Shown piece after piece: positions 38,094 through 51,029 of a DNA stretch of 64,000 bases; positions within the stretch are counted from its first letter, which is position 1, and every line of letters begins with the position of its first letter. The notes beneath the pieces were generated by a model. That model was not told the origin of the DNA and did no database searches. It saw only the letters and a list, made by a program, of their open reading frames with translations. Origin of the DNA: Botryllus schlosseri (Eukaryota); assembly GCA_051294905.1 (NCBI GenBank), contig CM119371.1:26166001-26230000 (forward strand), read 5' to 3'. The position numbers and the translations under genes were made by a program.

Positions 38094-38902
38094 CTGAAGT
38101 GTCAACGGGAGCCTGGCATGGTGGTTTCTACTTGAATCACGGGAATTGCAAAGAAACCAATTTAATTGAAATGCTTGGTATTCTCCAGTTTGGAACTCCA
38201 TATTTTTGAAACATTGGACAAATGTATAGTTTCAAAGTGGATAGATAACGTACGTAACAACAAAGGCTGGGAACCACCACGGGATAATTCTTCATTTCTA
38301 GAACGGGTTGAAAAAGACAAAAACACAGTTTCAAGTATCAAACCTACTTTTCTTCCATATATCAATCGTGCGAATGCGACAATAAACAAGTCGTAAGACG
38401 GCACAGAGGACGCACTGTCCACTTACCGCAGCATTGAAGAAAGTCAAAGTAGAACATTATTGCAAAACAGAGATTGGTAACGCACCTCTTGTTTCGGAGC
38501 ACCCAAGTTGACGTTGCCTCGTTGCACTACTTTCTCGGGTGTTAATGTCTTCACACTACATTCACGTCTACATTACCGTTTTTGACGAAAAACCAATTAC
38601 TTTTTGAAGTTTTGATTTTGAAAAGTAGGACTTGGTTTTGAGGGTAATATTGCATCACTTTTACGAGTGAACCTGTCTTTGAAGCCTCTTGAAATAGACC
38701 TTGTGTTGGGACAACTGAATACAATTGCAAAGACCGTATCTATTTGTGCTTCAGTCGTGAAATGACATATTAGAATTGAGAAAGTGGTCATCTCCGATTA
38801 ATTCGCTGAAAAGTATGCGACACCTTGAGCTAATCTACTTTAGAAACTTGTAAGTATATTTTGTACCTTTCATTTCCCACTTCCACTTCAAGTGGTTATG
38901 AC

Positions 38903-40454
38903 TAGAGCCCGACCGATTATCGGCTCGCCGATAATATCGAGTCGATATCACGCTTGGAGAGAAATATCGGTATCGGCCATTTTAGTTCAAAAAATATCGG
39001 CCATTTTCGTGGCGTCACAACATGGTGGCACGGAGTCAGAGAAGTCGATAGAAGACGTGAGGATGGTAAATTATAAAAATAGATGGCTAAGCTGCATAAA
39101 GTGCATACTGCATACAGGGCAGTAGGCGTGCCTATCTGAAAAATATTGTAGATAACTATATAGCTCAGTGAACTAACCACCGTTATGCCCCACTGATTTC
39201 GTGGGAATCCCCCTGCAGTAATCGACCACCAAAGACAGAGAGCAGCTGGATGGATAGTTGTCTGCACTCCGCAGAAGATTTAAATCAGTAACAGAAATGA
39301 GAACTTTAATCATGCTGGACTGACCCTCGTGATGATAGAGAAAAGCGTCGCGTCGAAACATTTCTCAGAAGATAGTGCTATTGGTTCGGTACCAACAGAG
39401 CTAATTATACCAGTAATGTATGAAGTCGTCTGACTGAGGCCTGCGGGGCCACCATGATAGGACATATGCGAGCATAGAGGGCAAGAAAATCAAGCAAACG
39501 CGGAGTAAAGCCAATAATTGATACGGAAATTTTTGATTCCGTGATGACATCGGCCAATTCTGACAAAAGAGCGTAAAATATTGATCAATTGATTGTTGAA
39601 ATGCTGGTCATGGTCAAGGCCCAAGGGGGATGGGTGGAGCAGTTGCAGACGTGGACAATTTGAGTTGTTCTGCACTTTCTCTTCAGCTATTTGTTAATGA
39701 TGTGCTGAAGGCTCCAGGTGCACTGCCAGCAGAATATCAATATTAATATCAATATTTCGTGAAACCATTGAAGGAAAGATCCCCTGCAAGGGAGCGGTGG
39801 AACCGAAATAAAGAAAGATTTCCAATTCTTGCTGTGCCACTAACTATGGTACCAAGTGAAAGACTGGTCACAGTGTGTAGTACTATATACATCATTTATG
39901 GAAGACCACAGAAGTTCACTCCTTGGAGAAAGGGCCGAGAAATTCTGCTTCGTGAACTGTAATCTGCAACTGCTGGATTGGTGCTTTTGATATATTTTTA
40001 CAGCCCGTAGATTGTTTATTTCATGTTCAAGCATGTCAATGGCTGTAAAGTTGTTGAAATAAATGCTCTGAGGTGTTAAATATGGCCCCCGAGCGAGATA
40101 GTGTAATGGTTATGCGTCCGGCTTCTCGAGCGGTAGGTCGTGGGTTCGATTCCCGGCCGGGTCATACCAAAGACTCGAAAATTGGTATCCGCAGCTATCC
40201 TGCTAGGCGCTCAGCATTCACGGATAGCATGGAGGAGAAAAAAAACGGGGGCGCAGACTAGATGACCTCAGGGCCGTATCGCAACTCCGTCGTCAAAGCA
40301 TCTCGATGGTGCAGGCGAAAAAGAATATCATATCTCTCTCTCTCTCTTGAGCGATCTTTTGAATATCGGCTGAATATATCGGGGTTATCGGTGGAGGTGC
40401 TGGATATCGGTCTTATCGGTATCGGCTCAGAAATCCAATATCGGTCGGGCTCTA
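38903..40454 (+). mobile_element. Internally deleted hAT (Ac-type) element retaining a C-terminal dimerisation-domain remnant
   Basis: TIR TAGAGCCCGACCGAT and perfect TSD GTTATGAC. ATATCGG subterminal repeats. 39760-39990 translates, with frameshifts, to WNRNKERFPILA..VPSERL..EDHRSSLLGERAEKFCFVNCNL. Confidence 0.9.
40088..40347 (+). mobile_element. Full-length tRNA-derived SINE with (TC)n tail
   Basis: A box TAGTGTAATGG (40099-40109) and B box GGTTCGATTCC (40143-40153). The central CATACCAAAGAC...CCTGCTAGGCGCTCAGCATT resembles my recollection of the Meta-SINE domain (unverified). (TC)n tail. Confidence 0.85.
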
Positions 40455-41355
40455 GTTATGACACGTCTTGGAAATTTGTACTTCTACTTGTAATTGAGAG
40501 AAAATTTTGGCAACTTGAGTAGCATCACGGAGTACTTTGACCACCTCTGTTACCCGCATACCATACTGAAAGTCAATGTCACATCATTACAGCGCGGTTT
40601 CGTATCTAAGTTAAATAAACAGCATCCATGAAAACATAGAGCATGGCATTAAATCTGGGATGTGCGATTCAATGTTTTCTGTGAGCTGACAGAGTCGCCG
40701 CGCCAGTAACATCTATGCCACGCTAAAAAAATCCGAAGTGATGGCGTTTTTTCAGTCGTTATGCACTGTTGTCCACAGGACCACGCTGTGAGTTGGTGAG
40801 TGCGTGCAGACTCAATGGTGCGCTTGTCTAGTACACAGAACGGTAGAGTAATTGTAATTGTAACCTTTCTGTTGTAGAGTCGCTGGAAACCGCCGCAAGT
40901 TTCGGCTCGTTGGACTCCGTACCAAGACTCCGTGAGTGCCGACTGTCAGCACGGTTGATTGACATGCTGGATATAGGCTGCTGCAATACACAGTCGAACT
41001 GAAATTCGAGCGTTGAAATAGATTCCTGCAATTGTAGTATGAGGCTTTTCAACTGAATATTAATAATTATCTCCACTTCGTCCAACGATGCTACGGTTCG
41101 TGCACGCCGGCTTGTCTCGTGTAATCAGCAATCCATCAATTACTCATCCGCCAGAGCACCCGGCAGCTAACCGACTGATAACTATTTGCTAGTGACCGGT
41201 TGGGTATCTGTACATCGAAAGTGACTTTAAAATTGCGTAAAAACCGTACGGTCACGTCCGTCAGGGGACAAGTTGTGCGATATTAAATCTTAATTTAAGA
41301 ATTGCACCTTGTGTTGATTGATCAGAGAGAAGCAGACATGGAGGTACATGTATGA

Positions 41356-41700
41356 CAGTTTTTCTCAATCTGGAGGGGGGCGTTAAAGCATATGAAGGGG
41401 AGCGCAAAGTCACAGTAAACTGAAAAAATTTTCGCGCTCCGCGCGATTCATCTCCAGCTCATGGTGTTTACTCTTTCTATTGTAGAGCTTTATGGAGGAA
41501 CAGAACTTCAATATAGAATTTGAGAATTCTCCCATCAATGGCCATAACCTTTAATGCCACCACACTATCCGTTGGGATGGCTAGCATTCTGATTTACCTC
41601 TTTAATATTTGTAACATCACAATAAGGGAGTAGGGGCGGGCGGGCGCTGAATTTTTGACTATCAAAAGCGGGGCGTGTTAAAAAAGTTCGAGAACCACTG
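41356..41700 (+). mobile_element. ~340-bp hAT MITE (CAGTGGTTCTCAAAC family)
   Basis: TSD ATGTATGA/CTGTATGA and family homology. Confidence 0.8.
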
Positions 41701-43080
41701 CTGTATGACAATGCTGTTCTCAAATCCACATTCTCTTCGTCGTTATCGGCGATAAATTGATTTGAAATAACATTGCCTCGTTAAAATACCTTCATTAAAT
41801 ACAATTTATTCCTTGTATATGTGAATAAATGGGCAAATAATGTATCGATTCAACAATCCGGCCCGCCAAGTATAATTTTCCTATATCCGGCCCTCCGACT
41901 GGAGAAGTTGCCCGTCCCTGCTATACGGTATAGGCTATAGTAGACAAAAAGTGCGATGCCTGTTTCGCGTGTGGCTGCGTCGGCAAGATGATTGTGATCA
42001 GACTGACTCACAGCCACAACAGTTTAGGTGTTGTGCGATGTTTTACGTCGGTTATGATTCTGTCAGATTCTGCCTACCTGATGAATCAGCGCTAGTAATC
42101 ACAGGACTACCTGTTATTTACATATTGTGCGCCATATAGCAAATGAGAACCTAGTTTGGGTGTTGAAGGCTGGTAGTATTGCTTATTCTTGCAATAACAT
42201 TTCCTTTTGATCTACTATGTGTTCGGAATCATTAGTACATTGATGCATGCATTTTCACTGCATAACGTTTTGGGGCTGTCTTTTCAACCTTACTTCATTT
42301 GTAGAAATATATATATATACTATATGATCCGTTCCTATACTTAAAAAAAACAATACACCTGATACCGTTTTTATACAGGTTGGTACGCCACTAATTTTCA
42401 CCACCAATCACCATGTTACGTCACGTCTATCGCTGTTCGCTCTCTCGAAAGAGCTGTTCGCTTACGACTTTACAGGTTTGGCTTAGGCTATGTTCATCGT
42501 GACAATACATGCGCCATGTGCATACAATACACCCGATACTTTTTTAACCGGTTGGTACGCTGCTAATTTTCACCACCATGTTACGTCACGTCTATCGCTG
42601 TTCGCTCTCTCGAAAGGGCCGTTCGCTTTCGACTTTACAGGTTTTGTCAAGGCTATGTTCTTTGTGACTATATACTTGCGATGTGCATTCTGCATACAAT
42701 ACACCCGACATCTTTGTTCACTGGTTGGTACGCTGCTAATTTTCACCACCATGTAACGTTACGTCTATCGCTGTTCGCTCTCTCGAAAGGGCTTTTCGCT
42801 TACGACTTTACAGGTTTGGTTAAGGCTATGTTCATCGTGACAATACATGTGTGATGTGCAATGCACCCGATACCCTTTTTACCGGTTGATACGCTGCTAA
42901 TTTTCACCACCATATTACGTCACGTCTATGGCTGTTCGCTCTCTCGAAAGGGCTCTTCGCTTACGACTTTACAGGTTTGGTTACGGCTATGTTCTTTGTG
43001 ACAATATATGTGCGATGTGCATACAATACACCCGATACCGTGTTTTTACCGGTTGGTACGCTGCTAATTTTCCCCACCAG

Positions 43081-44038
43081 CAGGGCTGTAAAAGTAGGAC
43101 CGTAAATGCCGCACCCGAACCCCCCTATTGGGGAGAGGCTGCGCTCGAAGGGGGCCCAAAGTTATTTCGTAAATTAGCTTAAATTATGGAGTGTTTTGTA
43201 GGGAATTTATGAAACTTATAGATGTTCGCGCCACGCGCGAGAGTTTTTGGGTACTCCCCCCCCCCAAAGAATATCGCATGATTTACACAAATGGCAATTT
43301 CGGCTCGGCCATTACTGCGCCACGACGCATCAACACATACACATTATTACCCCATATAATATGCGACTCCAAGAAGTGTGCCAGAACAATCAGCGACAAG
43401 AAAATCCGGGCCGAAAAGGACTTTCCTTGTGCTGACCGAATACTTCGATAGATATATATAGGCCTATATGTTTAATGTCCATAGGCACCTAAATGGCTGG
43501 TGCCGAATGTTCCTGTCCTGGCAATCTGAAACCCAGAAGACAAATGCTTCGCAGCAAGGAAAATTTAATTGCCAGTGAATAAATACCAATTTGAAATCCG
43601 GTGCGTCTTATAGTTTAGTACGTTTGGTCGATTTCAATTTTTTTTGACATGGCATACAGGAGGTCACGAAACAACATCACGTAATGAAGTTAATATACCG
43701 CCCGAATATGTTTGATAATTATTTACGGGCCCGACAGTTTCCAAGACACCTCATTCAGCTCTACCGGGGAATCTAATTACGTGAGTAGGTAGGGAAAAAA
43801 TTGATAGCAACATATATGCAATTCTCGATCATATTGACCGATTCAATCATGAATTGTTGAAAATTTTGGCGCTAGGCGCGTGTACGCGAAGTAATGCGTC
43901 TCACCAGAGAGTACTGAAATGTCGGTGATGAGTTGCGGCAAACACGTCTAATCCTTGGGGGCGGGGTGGGGTTGGGGGGCTGGGGGCCCAAGACCAACGT
44001 TTTTTTGGGGGGCTGACGAAATGCTGTTACGATCCTGA
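43081..44038 (+). mobile_element. Non-autonomous DNA element interrupting the satellite
   Basis: Imperfect TIR CAGGGCTGTAAAAG / CAGGATCGTAACAG. Body homologous to ~47130-47770 and, in reverse, to ~51945-52900. No TSD seen. Confidence 0.6.
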
Positions 44039-44398
44039 GCAAACGTATGCCACACATCGACCAGTTGGTGTAAAATAAATAAATGCAGCCATCGCATTAA
44101 ATAAGTTGACTTTTATTGTTATACTTGTAGCAGGCGGTGAAAAAACAATTCCATGCATCCCCTCAACCCTAGCTGAAAACGTCTAGTTTTGTTACTACAA
44201 TTCGCTCGCATATGTCAAACACGTGATTATGGCGTCATAAATAGTGGAAACGTTTTTAATCGCTTTATTCAGCACGCGTAACTTTTGTAGGTGGTACGGG
44301 ACACTGCATAAAATCCCGAAATGTTTGCCATGAAAGCAGTAACACCGCACCGCAGCAATGCAAATACGTATTGACGAGTTGGCCTGGCAAACCTGGCA

Positions 44399-44979
44399 AA
44401 TGAACTGTATCGCTTCGAAGTATCAAAAGTTGTTCACAAATATTTTTCCAATAGTCTCCCTCCTGTGTTTGATGACTTTTTCATACCTGCTAAACATGTC
44501 CATTCCCATTACACGAGATCTTCGTCTAAAGGAAACGTCTACTTACCCCAACCCAATAGCAACCTAACTAAGAGATCTATCGACTACTCGGGACCTATCA
44601 TCTGGAATGCATTACCATCACATATCCGTGAATTGCCTTATAATAGATTCAAAAAAGCCCTACTTGATCGCCTCTTGTCGTTACACTAACACTGTTGCCC
44701 TACCTCGCCCAGACATTGCTTCATTGATCATTTGCTACCATTGTTTAATTTTTTTTTATATTTTCCTTTCCTAACTAAACATTTTTTCACAGCCAGACTG
44801 TTCTGAGTCAAGTGTACCTGTTTGATGCTGGTGTGATCAGACTAGATGACCTTCACGGTCTTATCGATCATTCCTATCTAATACCGAATACTGTGCACGC
44901 ATATTTTCTGTACCACCATCACTGCCGTTTGTTATGTATTTTGGTTCGATGAAAATAAAGACTCTCTCTCTCTCTCTCT
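44399..44979 (+). mobile_element. 5'-truncated L2/CR1-group LINE 3' end with (TC)n tail
   Basis: Open frame NELYRFEVSKVVHKYFSNSLPPVFDDFF...HSHYTRSS...YSGPIIWNALP...FKKALL...* (stop 44689). The 3'UTR ends AATAAAGA(CT)n. Confidence 0.85.
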
Positions 44980-45919
44980 TGACACGTTCGATTGGCACAA
45001 CGGATGCAGCACGTCACGTCGGGGGATGTCCCTCAACTGATGAAATGATTCATGACAGCATAGTGTCCTATAATGACATCGTCATTTACTATCTGATGAT
45101 ATCATACCCGGCATATTAGCTAATTATAGACGACGTAACACAGGCCTACACGCCACCTTTACGTGAAGCACAGCTATACATAAATTACACCCACTAAACC
45201 GGCGCCACTGTATCTTATACCGGATACCTCGCTAAGTCAAAAGCGTAGCAAACATACATCGCGCATTGCAGTCAGTCATAAATTTATTATTCTGCCACTC
45301 GCACTTTTACTTGACTATCTGTGGATACTGGATAGTTTGTGATAGGCGAGCCGCAGGCTCTGGTTATGAAGTCCGGCGATTTCTTCTCTCAAACAAACAG
45401 ATAGTTTCTCTTTACGAACTCTAATATTTCTTTATCCATCGCTGCTCGCTCGCCGCATGAATTCAATATATGTGTACAATAGGCGACCATGTTTTAAAAC
45501 TCTACGTCAGTACAGATTTGTGGTACCTAACATAAGCGATGGGCATAGTGACCACAAAAGAAGTAACATATTATTATAAAGGAATACAAACACAACAGAA
45601 AGTCATTATCATCGAATTCATTTTGTTTTGAACTCCGGGCTGTGTCTAAGATACCGGGAAACGCTTTTCATCGACTAAACTAAGGAACCGATATTGGGGC
45701 TAGCGAGATATGTAACTGGCTGAAAGACCATGTGGATATAGGTCATGCATCGTTTGGGACGCAGGTATCACGTCTGACGCATGTCTGTCGTACATTAAGC
45801 GCGCAGATATCCGGTCCGGACCATGCCTGGAGGTATTTAGTGCACAGGTATCAGCACCGAAGCATGTCCGGATAAAAATATTGCGCAGATATCAGGTCTG
45901 AGGCATGTCTGGCGCAGCA

Positions 45920-46570
45920 CGAACATATCCCAGACACGATGTTCGAGTCACAATACAATCCGAACACACCTCAGGCATGATGTCCGAACACCTCCAGACA
46001 CGATGTCCGAGTGGCAACACATTACGACCACACCCTAGGCACGATGTCCGAGTTACAAAACTGTCCGAACGCACCCAAGACATGATGTCCGAATACAGCC
46101 CAGACACGATGTCCGAGGGGCAAAACAGTCCGAGCTCACTCCAGACACGATGTCTGAATGGCAACACATTCCAAACGCACCCCGAGCATGATGTCCGAAC
46201 ACCCCCTGACACGATGTCCAAGTGACGATACAATCCGAACACACCCCAGGCATGATGCCCGAACACCCCCAGACACGATGTCCGAGTGGCAGCACAGTCC
46301 TAACACCACAGACATGATGTCCGAACACGCCCTCAACACGATTTCCGAATGGCAACACGTTACGAACACAGCCTAGGTACGATATCCGAGTTGCAAAACT
46401 GTCCAAACGCACCCAAGACATGATGTCCCGAACATACCCCAGACACTATGTCCGAGGGGCAAAACAGTCCGAACTCACCCCAGATACAATGTCCGAATGG
46501 CACACAGCCCGACCACACCCCAGATATGGTGCCCGCACACCCCCCAGACTCGATGTCCGAACACGCCCTA
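45920..46570. repeat. Minisatellite of ~23-bp and ~41-bp units sharing the core CAYGATGTCCGA
   Basis: About 19 copies of the core. The linker sequences recur in order, giving a higher-order repeat. Confidence 0.85.
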
Positions 46571-49546
46571 CTAGTACTGCATTTCCATCTACAAATGAAG
46601 TGTGCTCTTAAAACTGCAATTTCATCACTTTACAATTTCAAAACCAAAATCAAACAGCTATGAACGAATTCTACTTGAAGCAAACTTTCATTTAAGATCG
46701 TTTTTTCCAAAATATTTTAATATGTTTTTGAGCAATCCGTTGTCTAAATCATGTAACGCCTGGCTGGTTTTAGATTTCCCCCTCAATTTAACCTTTGACC
46801 CTAACCTGCAGGGTATTAAATTTCACTTGGAAATATAGACGATCAGACAATCTTCAGATAAATCCAAGTGCGGTATCTCAACTGTCGTCCAACATCTAGC
46901 TAGACCTTCTTGAATATTTCATTGATAATACCTGAGATGTACAGACCCGAAATGAGCGGAAAATTGGCAATTTTCAAAGTAACGTAACTTTTGACCCCAA
47001 AGTCCAATTTTCATAAAATAAAGTTCATCCTGTTTGGAATAAGCTCATCTCTGCGTGTACCAAATTTTAAGAGATTTGAAGAGGTAGTGATGTGAACATC
47101 GTTTGTCTGTGTATGGAATGGCCCTCCAGTCAATATGGGACTCCGAGAAGTGTGTCAGAAAGATCGCCTGCGAGAAAACCTTAGCCGAACAGGATTGCCC
47201 TTATGTTGACCGTGCACTTTGATGTATATAAATCTAATTGTCCATAGGTGCTTAAATCGCGCATGCCGAATTATCATGTCGTCGCAATCTGCACATCACG
47301 GACAAAAACATCTATCAGAGAAAATTATTTGCCAGCGAAGAAATACCAATTTTGAATCGTGAGCTTACTGCTTACTTTAGTTTATTACGTTTATGCGTTT
47401 CAATATCTTTTGACCATATAGCGGACAAGAGGTTACGAATTAACAACATATAACGAATATGTTCAATTAATAATTACGGGGCCTTCATTTTCCAATACAA
47501 CAGCTCACTCAGCGCTAGGCTACTGGTAAATCTGATTACGTGGGCTGAAAGGGTAAAATGTTTATAGAGACATATATATGCAATTACCACCTATTCATTC
47601 ATGCATTATAGAAAATATTTTGGCGCCTGGGGCGACCAGGTCACACGAACATTGCTGACCATCGAAATCACGCGACGGGGTTCTTGGGGAAAAGCCCTCA
47701 GAAGTTTGATTGGGTGCGCAAGACAATCGTTTTTTAGGGGGGCTGACGAAGGGCTGTTACTGCCATCCCTCTTATACCCATTGTCTTTATTACAGTTCTT
47801 ACAATATAAGGTGGGGTGCGCTGGAGCACGATAATTTTTGAACGGGGGCGATGGAGGAAAGAAGGTTAAGAACCAGAGGTTTAGGCTATATTCTTTGTGA
47901 CAAATACGTGCGATCTGCATACAATACACCCGATACGTTTGTTTACTGGTTGGTACACTGCTAATTTTCACAACCATGTTACGTCACGTTCCATCGCTGT
48001 TCGCTCTCTCGAAAGGGCTGTTCGGTTAACGACTTTACAGGTTAGGTTTAGGCTATGTTCTTCGTGACAATATACGTGCGCTGTGCATACAATAAACCCG
48101 ATACCGGTTGGTACGCTGCTAATTTTCACCACCATGTTACGTCAAGTTTATCGCTGTTCGCTCTCTCGAAAGGGCTGTTCGCTTACGACAGGGGTCGGCA
48201 ACCTTTTGCTAGTCGCGGGCCAAATTTCGGGTGTACAACTTTTTGGCGGGCCGGAATTTTTCTTAGTACTATATTTTACGCTCACTTCGGTATATTATCG
48301 TACATTGCTGCAATCTCAATCATACCAATCAGAAGACACATGTATTTACACTTCAACAACACAGAATAATTGTGACAATTGACGCAGCTTGCTTTTTGAA
48401 AGGTTTTCAACTTCTGGTAACAAGTCAGATGAAACAAGAATCAGACCCTATTCAAAATGGACGTCCGAAATACTTAGCTTGCTCTTCGTGAATTTCATTG
48501 TTCAAAACTATTGTTCACATGCGTACGTGCTTCCAAAAATCGATGCAATTTCTTTTGCATTGCTGGTCAAGCTGGGATAAAGACCAATTTGAAGAACGTA
48601 CTCTTTGTCAAAGTCATGCAGCGATATGCTCTTTGTATGAAATTTGTCATTCAATTCAACTGCCTCGCATTTCAGAAAGGCCCATTTGAAATTTTCAGGC
48701 AATGGTATTGGCGTCAACATTAAACAGACTACTGAATAGTCAGAATATTCATGTTGTAGAGAAGGAATGTCGGAATTAGCGGGTGAATATTCAGTAGTTA
48801 AATTTCGTATCACAGTTACAAATGTAGTGTTGGTGCTAGGTTTCCTCTCCTCCAGTATAGGAAAGTGAGCATAATTTTATTTGTACTGTTGACATTTCCA
48901 GAGTCACAGATTTGTTTTGAATGCGCCTCAACATCTCATGTATTTAGTTGTTTTTCCCCTGAAGTTGCAAATTCAATTTGTTCAGATGTGACGTTAAATG
49001 TACCAGGAAAGCAAGATGAGATACCCATTTTCGATTACAAGATCATGAGTCGGCGATATTTGTGTTTTCGAGGAAAGTTGCTATTTCATTTCTCAGTTCA
49101 TACACTCGTGTAAGCATAGCTGCTCGACTTAATGAGCGAACATGACAGATATAGGCCTACATGACATCGCCATATTGATTCTCTGCTTCTAGTAATATCT
49201 GGCGTAACTGATTCAGTTAAGGAGACAAAAATCATATTAACAGTTTTCACCATTGTGGCCAAAACACTATTCAGGTTTTTTGTCTTGACACACAATGCCT
49301 ACTGAAAAATTAAACTATACACAGGCTAACTAACATACGGAGGCTAGTTATCTATAATTGAACAGTTTGAGATTCCGTCATTGCGTCTGAGATGTTCCAA
49401 GCGTTTTTGAAGCAAAGGAAGAACACCTTTATTGTCACACCCCGTTAGAGTGGTAAACCCTTTAAAAAAGTATGGAACACATTCGGTTGCGAGATACACC
49501 CGATTGATAAGCACTGATCCAATCTAGTCATCTCCATCTCCTACTT

Positions 49547-51029
49547 CAGTGGTTCTCAACCTTTTTGGCTTCGCGGACCCCTTTTGACCGTCACGGACTC
49601 TCGCGGACCCCCTCAAGTTTTAGTTCAATTTCAGCTCTATTATGGTGCAACCTTCATCTGTTTTGTGCAAATATGAACTGTGGGCTTGTGATAAACAGCA
49701 AAATAATAATTATTCTTGAAAATAACATGATGGTATTTATGTAGAAATTTGTAGCCTTTTATTATTTTAGTAATTTTGCTGCTGTATTTCTTGAAGTACG
49801 TGGTCGTATCTTGAAAATCCGCGTCTTCGTTTTGATATGAACGAGGAGTGCCGGAAACCATTTCCGCAAAGATAGATGGAGGCTAATGCAATATTAACGC
49901 TTCCGAAGATACTTTTGGTGTGGTCGTAACATTTATGGCACCAAATTGAGGAAACATATATTTTATGAACATATCACGCCCAGCATCTAGCGCAGGGACG
50001 GGCAACATACGGGCCGCGGGTCGGATTTGGCCCGCGACGGCATTTTGATCGACCCGCAGAGAGTTTCTACCGTCAAAGTGAAATCCTAATCAAAAAGTAT
50101 AGACAAATGTTATGCGCCAAAGAATGGATCCAAGTTTTCCAACCTGAGAAAGACTGTCATGAAACGACTTGTTCTGTTTGGGTTTACATATATATATTTA
50201 CGAGGAAACATTTTCGACCATGAACAATTAAGCATTAACAAGACAAGGCTGCATACCAATATAACTGGTGATATGAATGACAGGCTTGGAGCATGATTCT
50301 TTGATAGCAACGAAACACTCCTTGTTCATCAAAAAACCAGCCTTGTCGATAGGGCATCCGCAATAAGAATGCACCAAATCTGATAGTCAAGCTTTAAGAG
50401 CTGGTATATCATTGTCCAATTTATGACGAATGTCAGCCGAAAATATTCGGGTTCATTTCAATATGAATATACTATTCAATAGTATATTGAAGTTCTGTAC
50501 CTCCAAGAAGCTGTTCAAATAGTGGTTCTGTATATTACAGGATATAATGGGTTTGGTGGCGAGGTTTCAATTCCGGCAATGGGACAAATCAGGGAAATGC
50601 TTTGGAAATTTTTATTTCAAGCCACTGTTCACTAATTTGATGAGACTGACAACTTCAAATCGAGAAGGTTTCGCAGACATTACGAAGTCACCCTGATTGA
50701 CGTTATACTATCTCCATATTTTTATTTTTTCCATAAACCCCAACAAAGCGTCTCTAAACAGCAATATGTTTCTATTAGCAGGTTATTGGAAAATTGGCAA
50801 TCAAAATGAATTTTGACACTACGATAGTTCATGTCAGACGATTATTATGATGATATGAGTCATGAGGTTTTAGCAGTTGTGGTGCGAAACTGCCTCATGC
50901 TTTCTCAAATTAAAAAAATAAATAAAAATTAGGTTATCAACCATTCTAAAAATTTAGAGGTCTCGCGGACCCCCTGAAATTGCTTCGGGGACCCCTAGGG
51001 GTCCGCGGACCCCCGGTTGAGAACCGCTG
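49547..51029. mobile_element. hAT MITE nested in 48189-51259
   Basis: CAGTGGTTCTCAACC...GGTTGAGAACCGCTG. Perfect TSD TCCTACTT. CGCGGACCCC subterminal repeats. Confidence 0.9.
50290..50425 (-). mobile_element. Possible Penelope-like retroelement fragment (region N-terminal to RT)
   Basis: Minus frame LDNDIPALKA*LSDLVHSYCGCPIDKAGFLMNKECFVAIK resembles the segment preceding the KPDKG motif of Penelope-like ORFs (recognition only). Confidence 0.45.

Noticed and set aside
38428..38805. Additional exon of the RING gene (minus strand, AG and GTAAGT boundaries)
   Set aside because: Stops in all three frames. It could only be non-coding.
40091..40165. tRNA gene
   Set aside because: A and B boxes are present, but the sequence continues into a SINE body and (TC)n tail. 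The same applies to the heads at ~60140-60215 and ~62585-62660.
45920..46570. CRISPR array
   Set aside because: The spacers are homologous to each other and of two lengths, the repeats are degenerate, there are no cas genes, and the context is eukaryotic.
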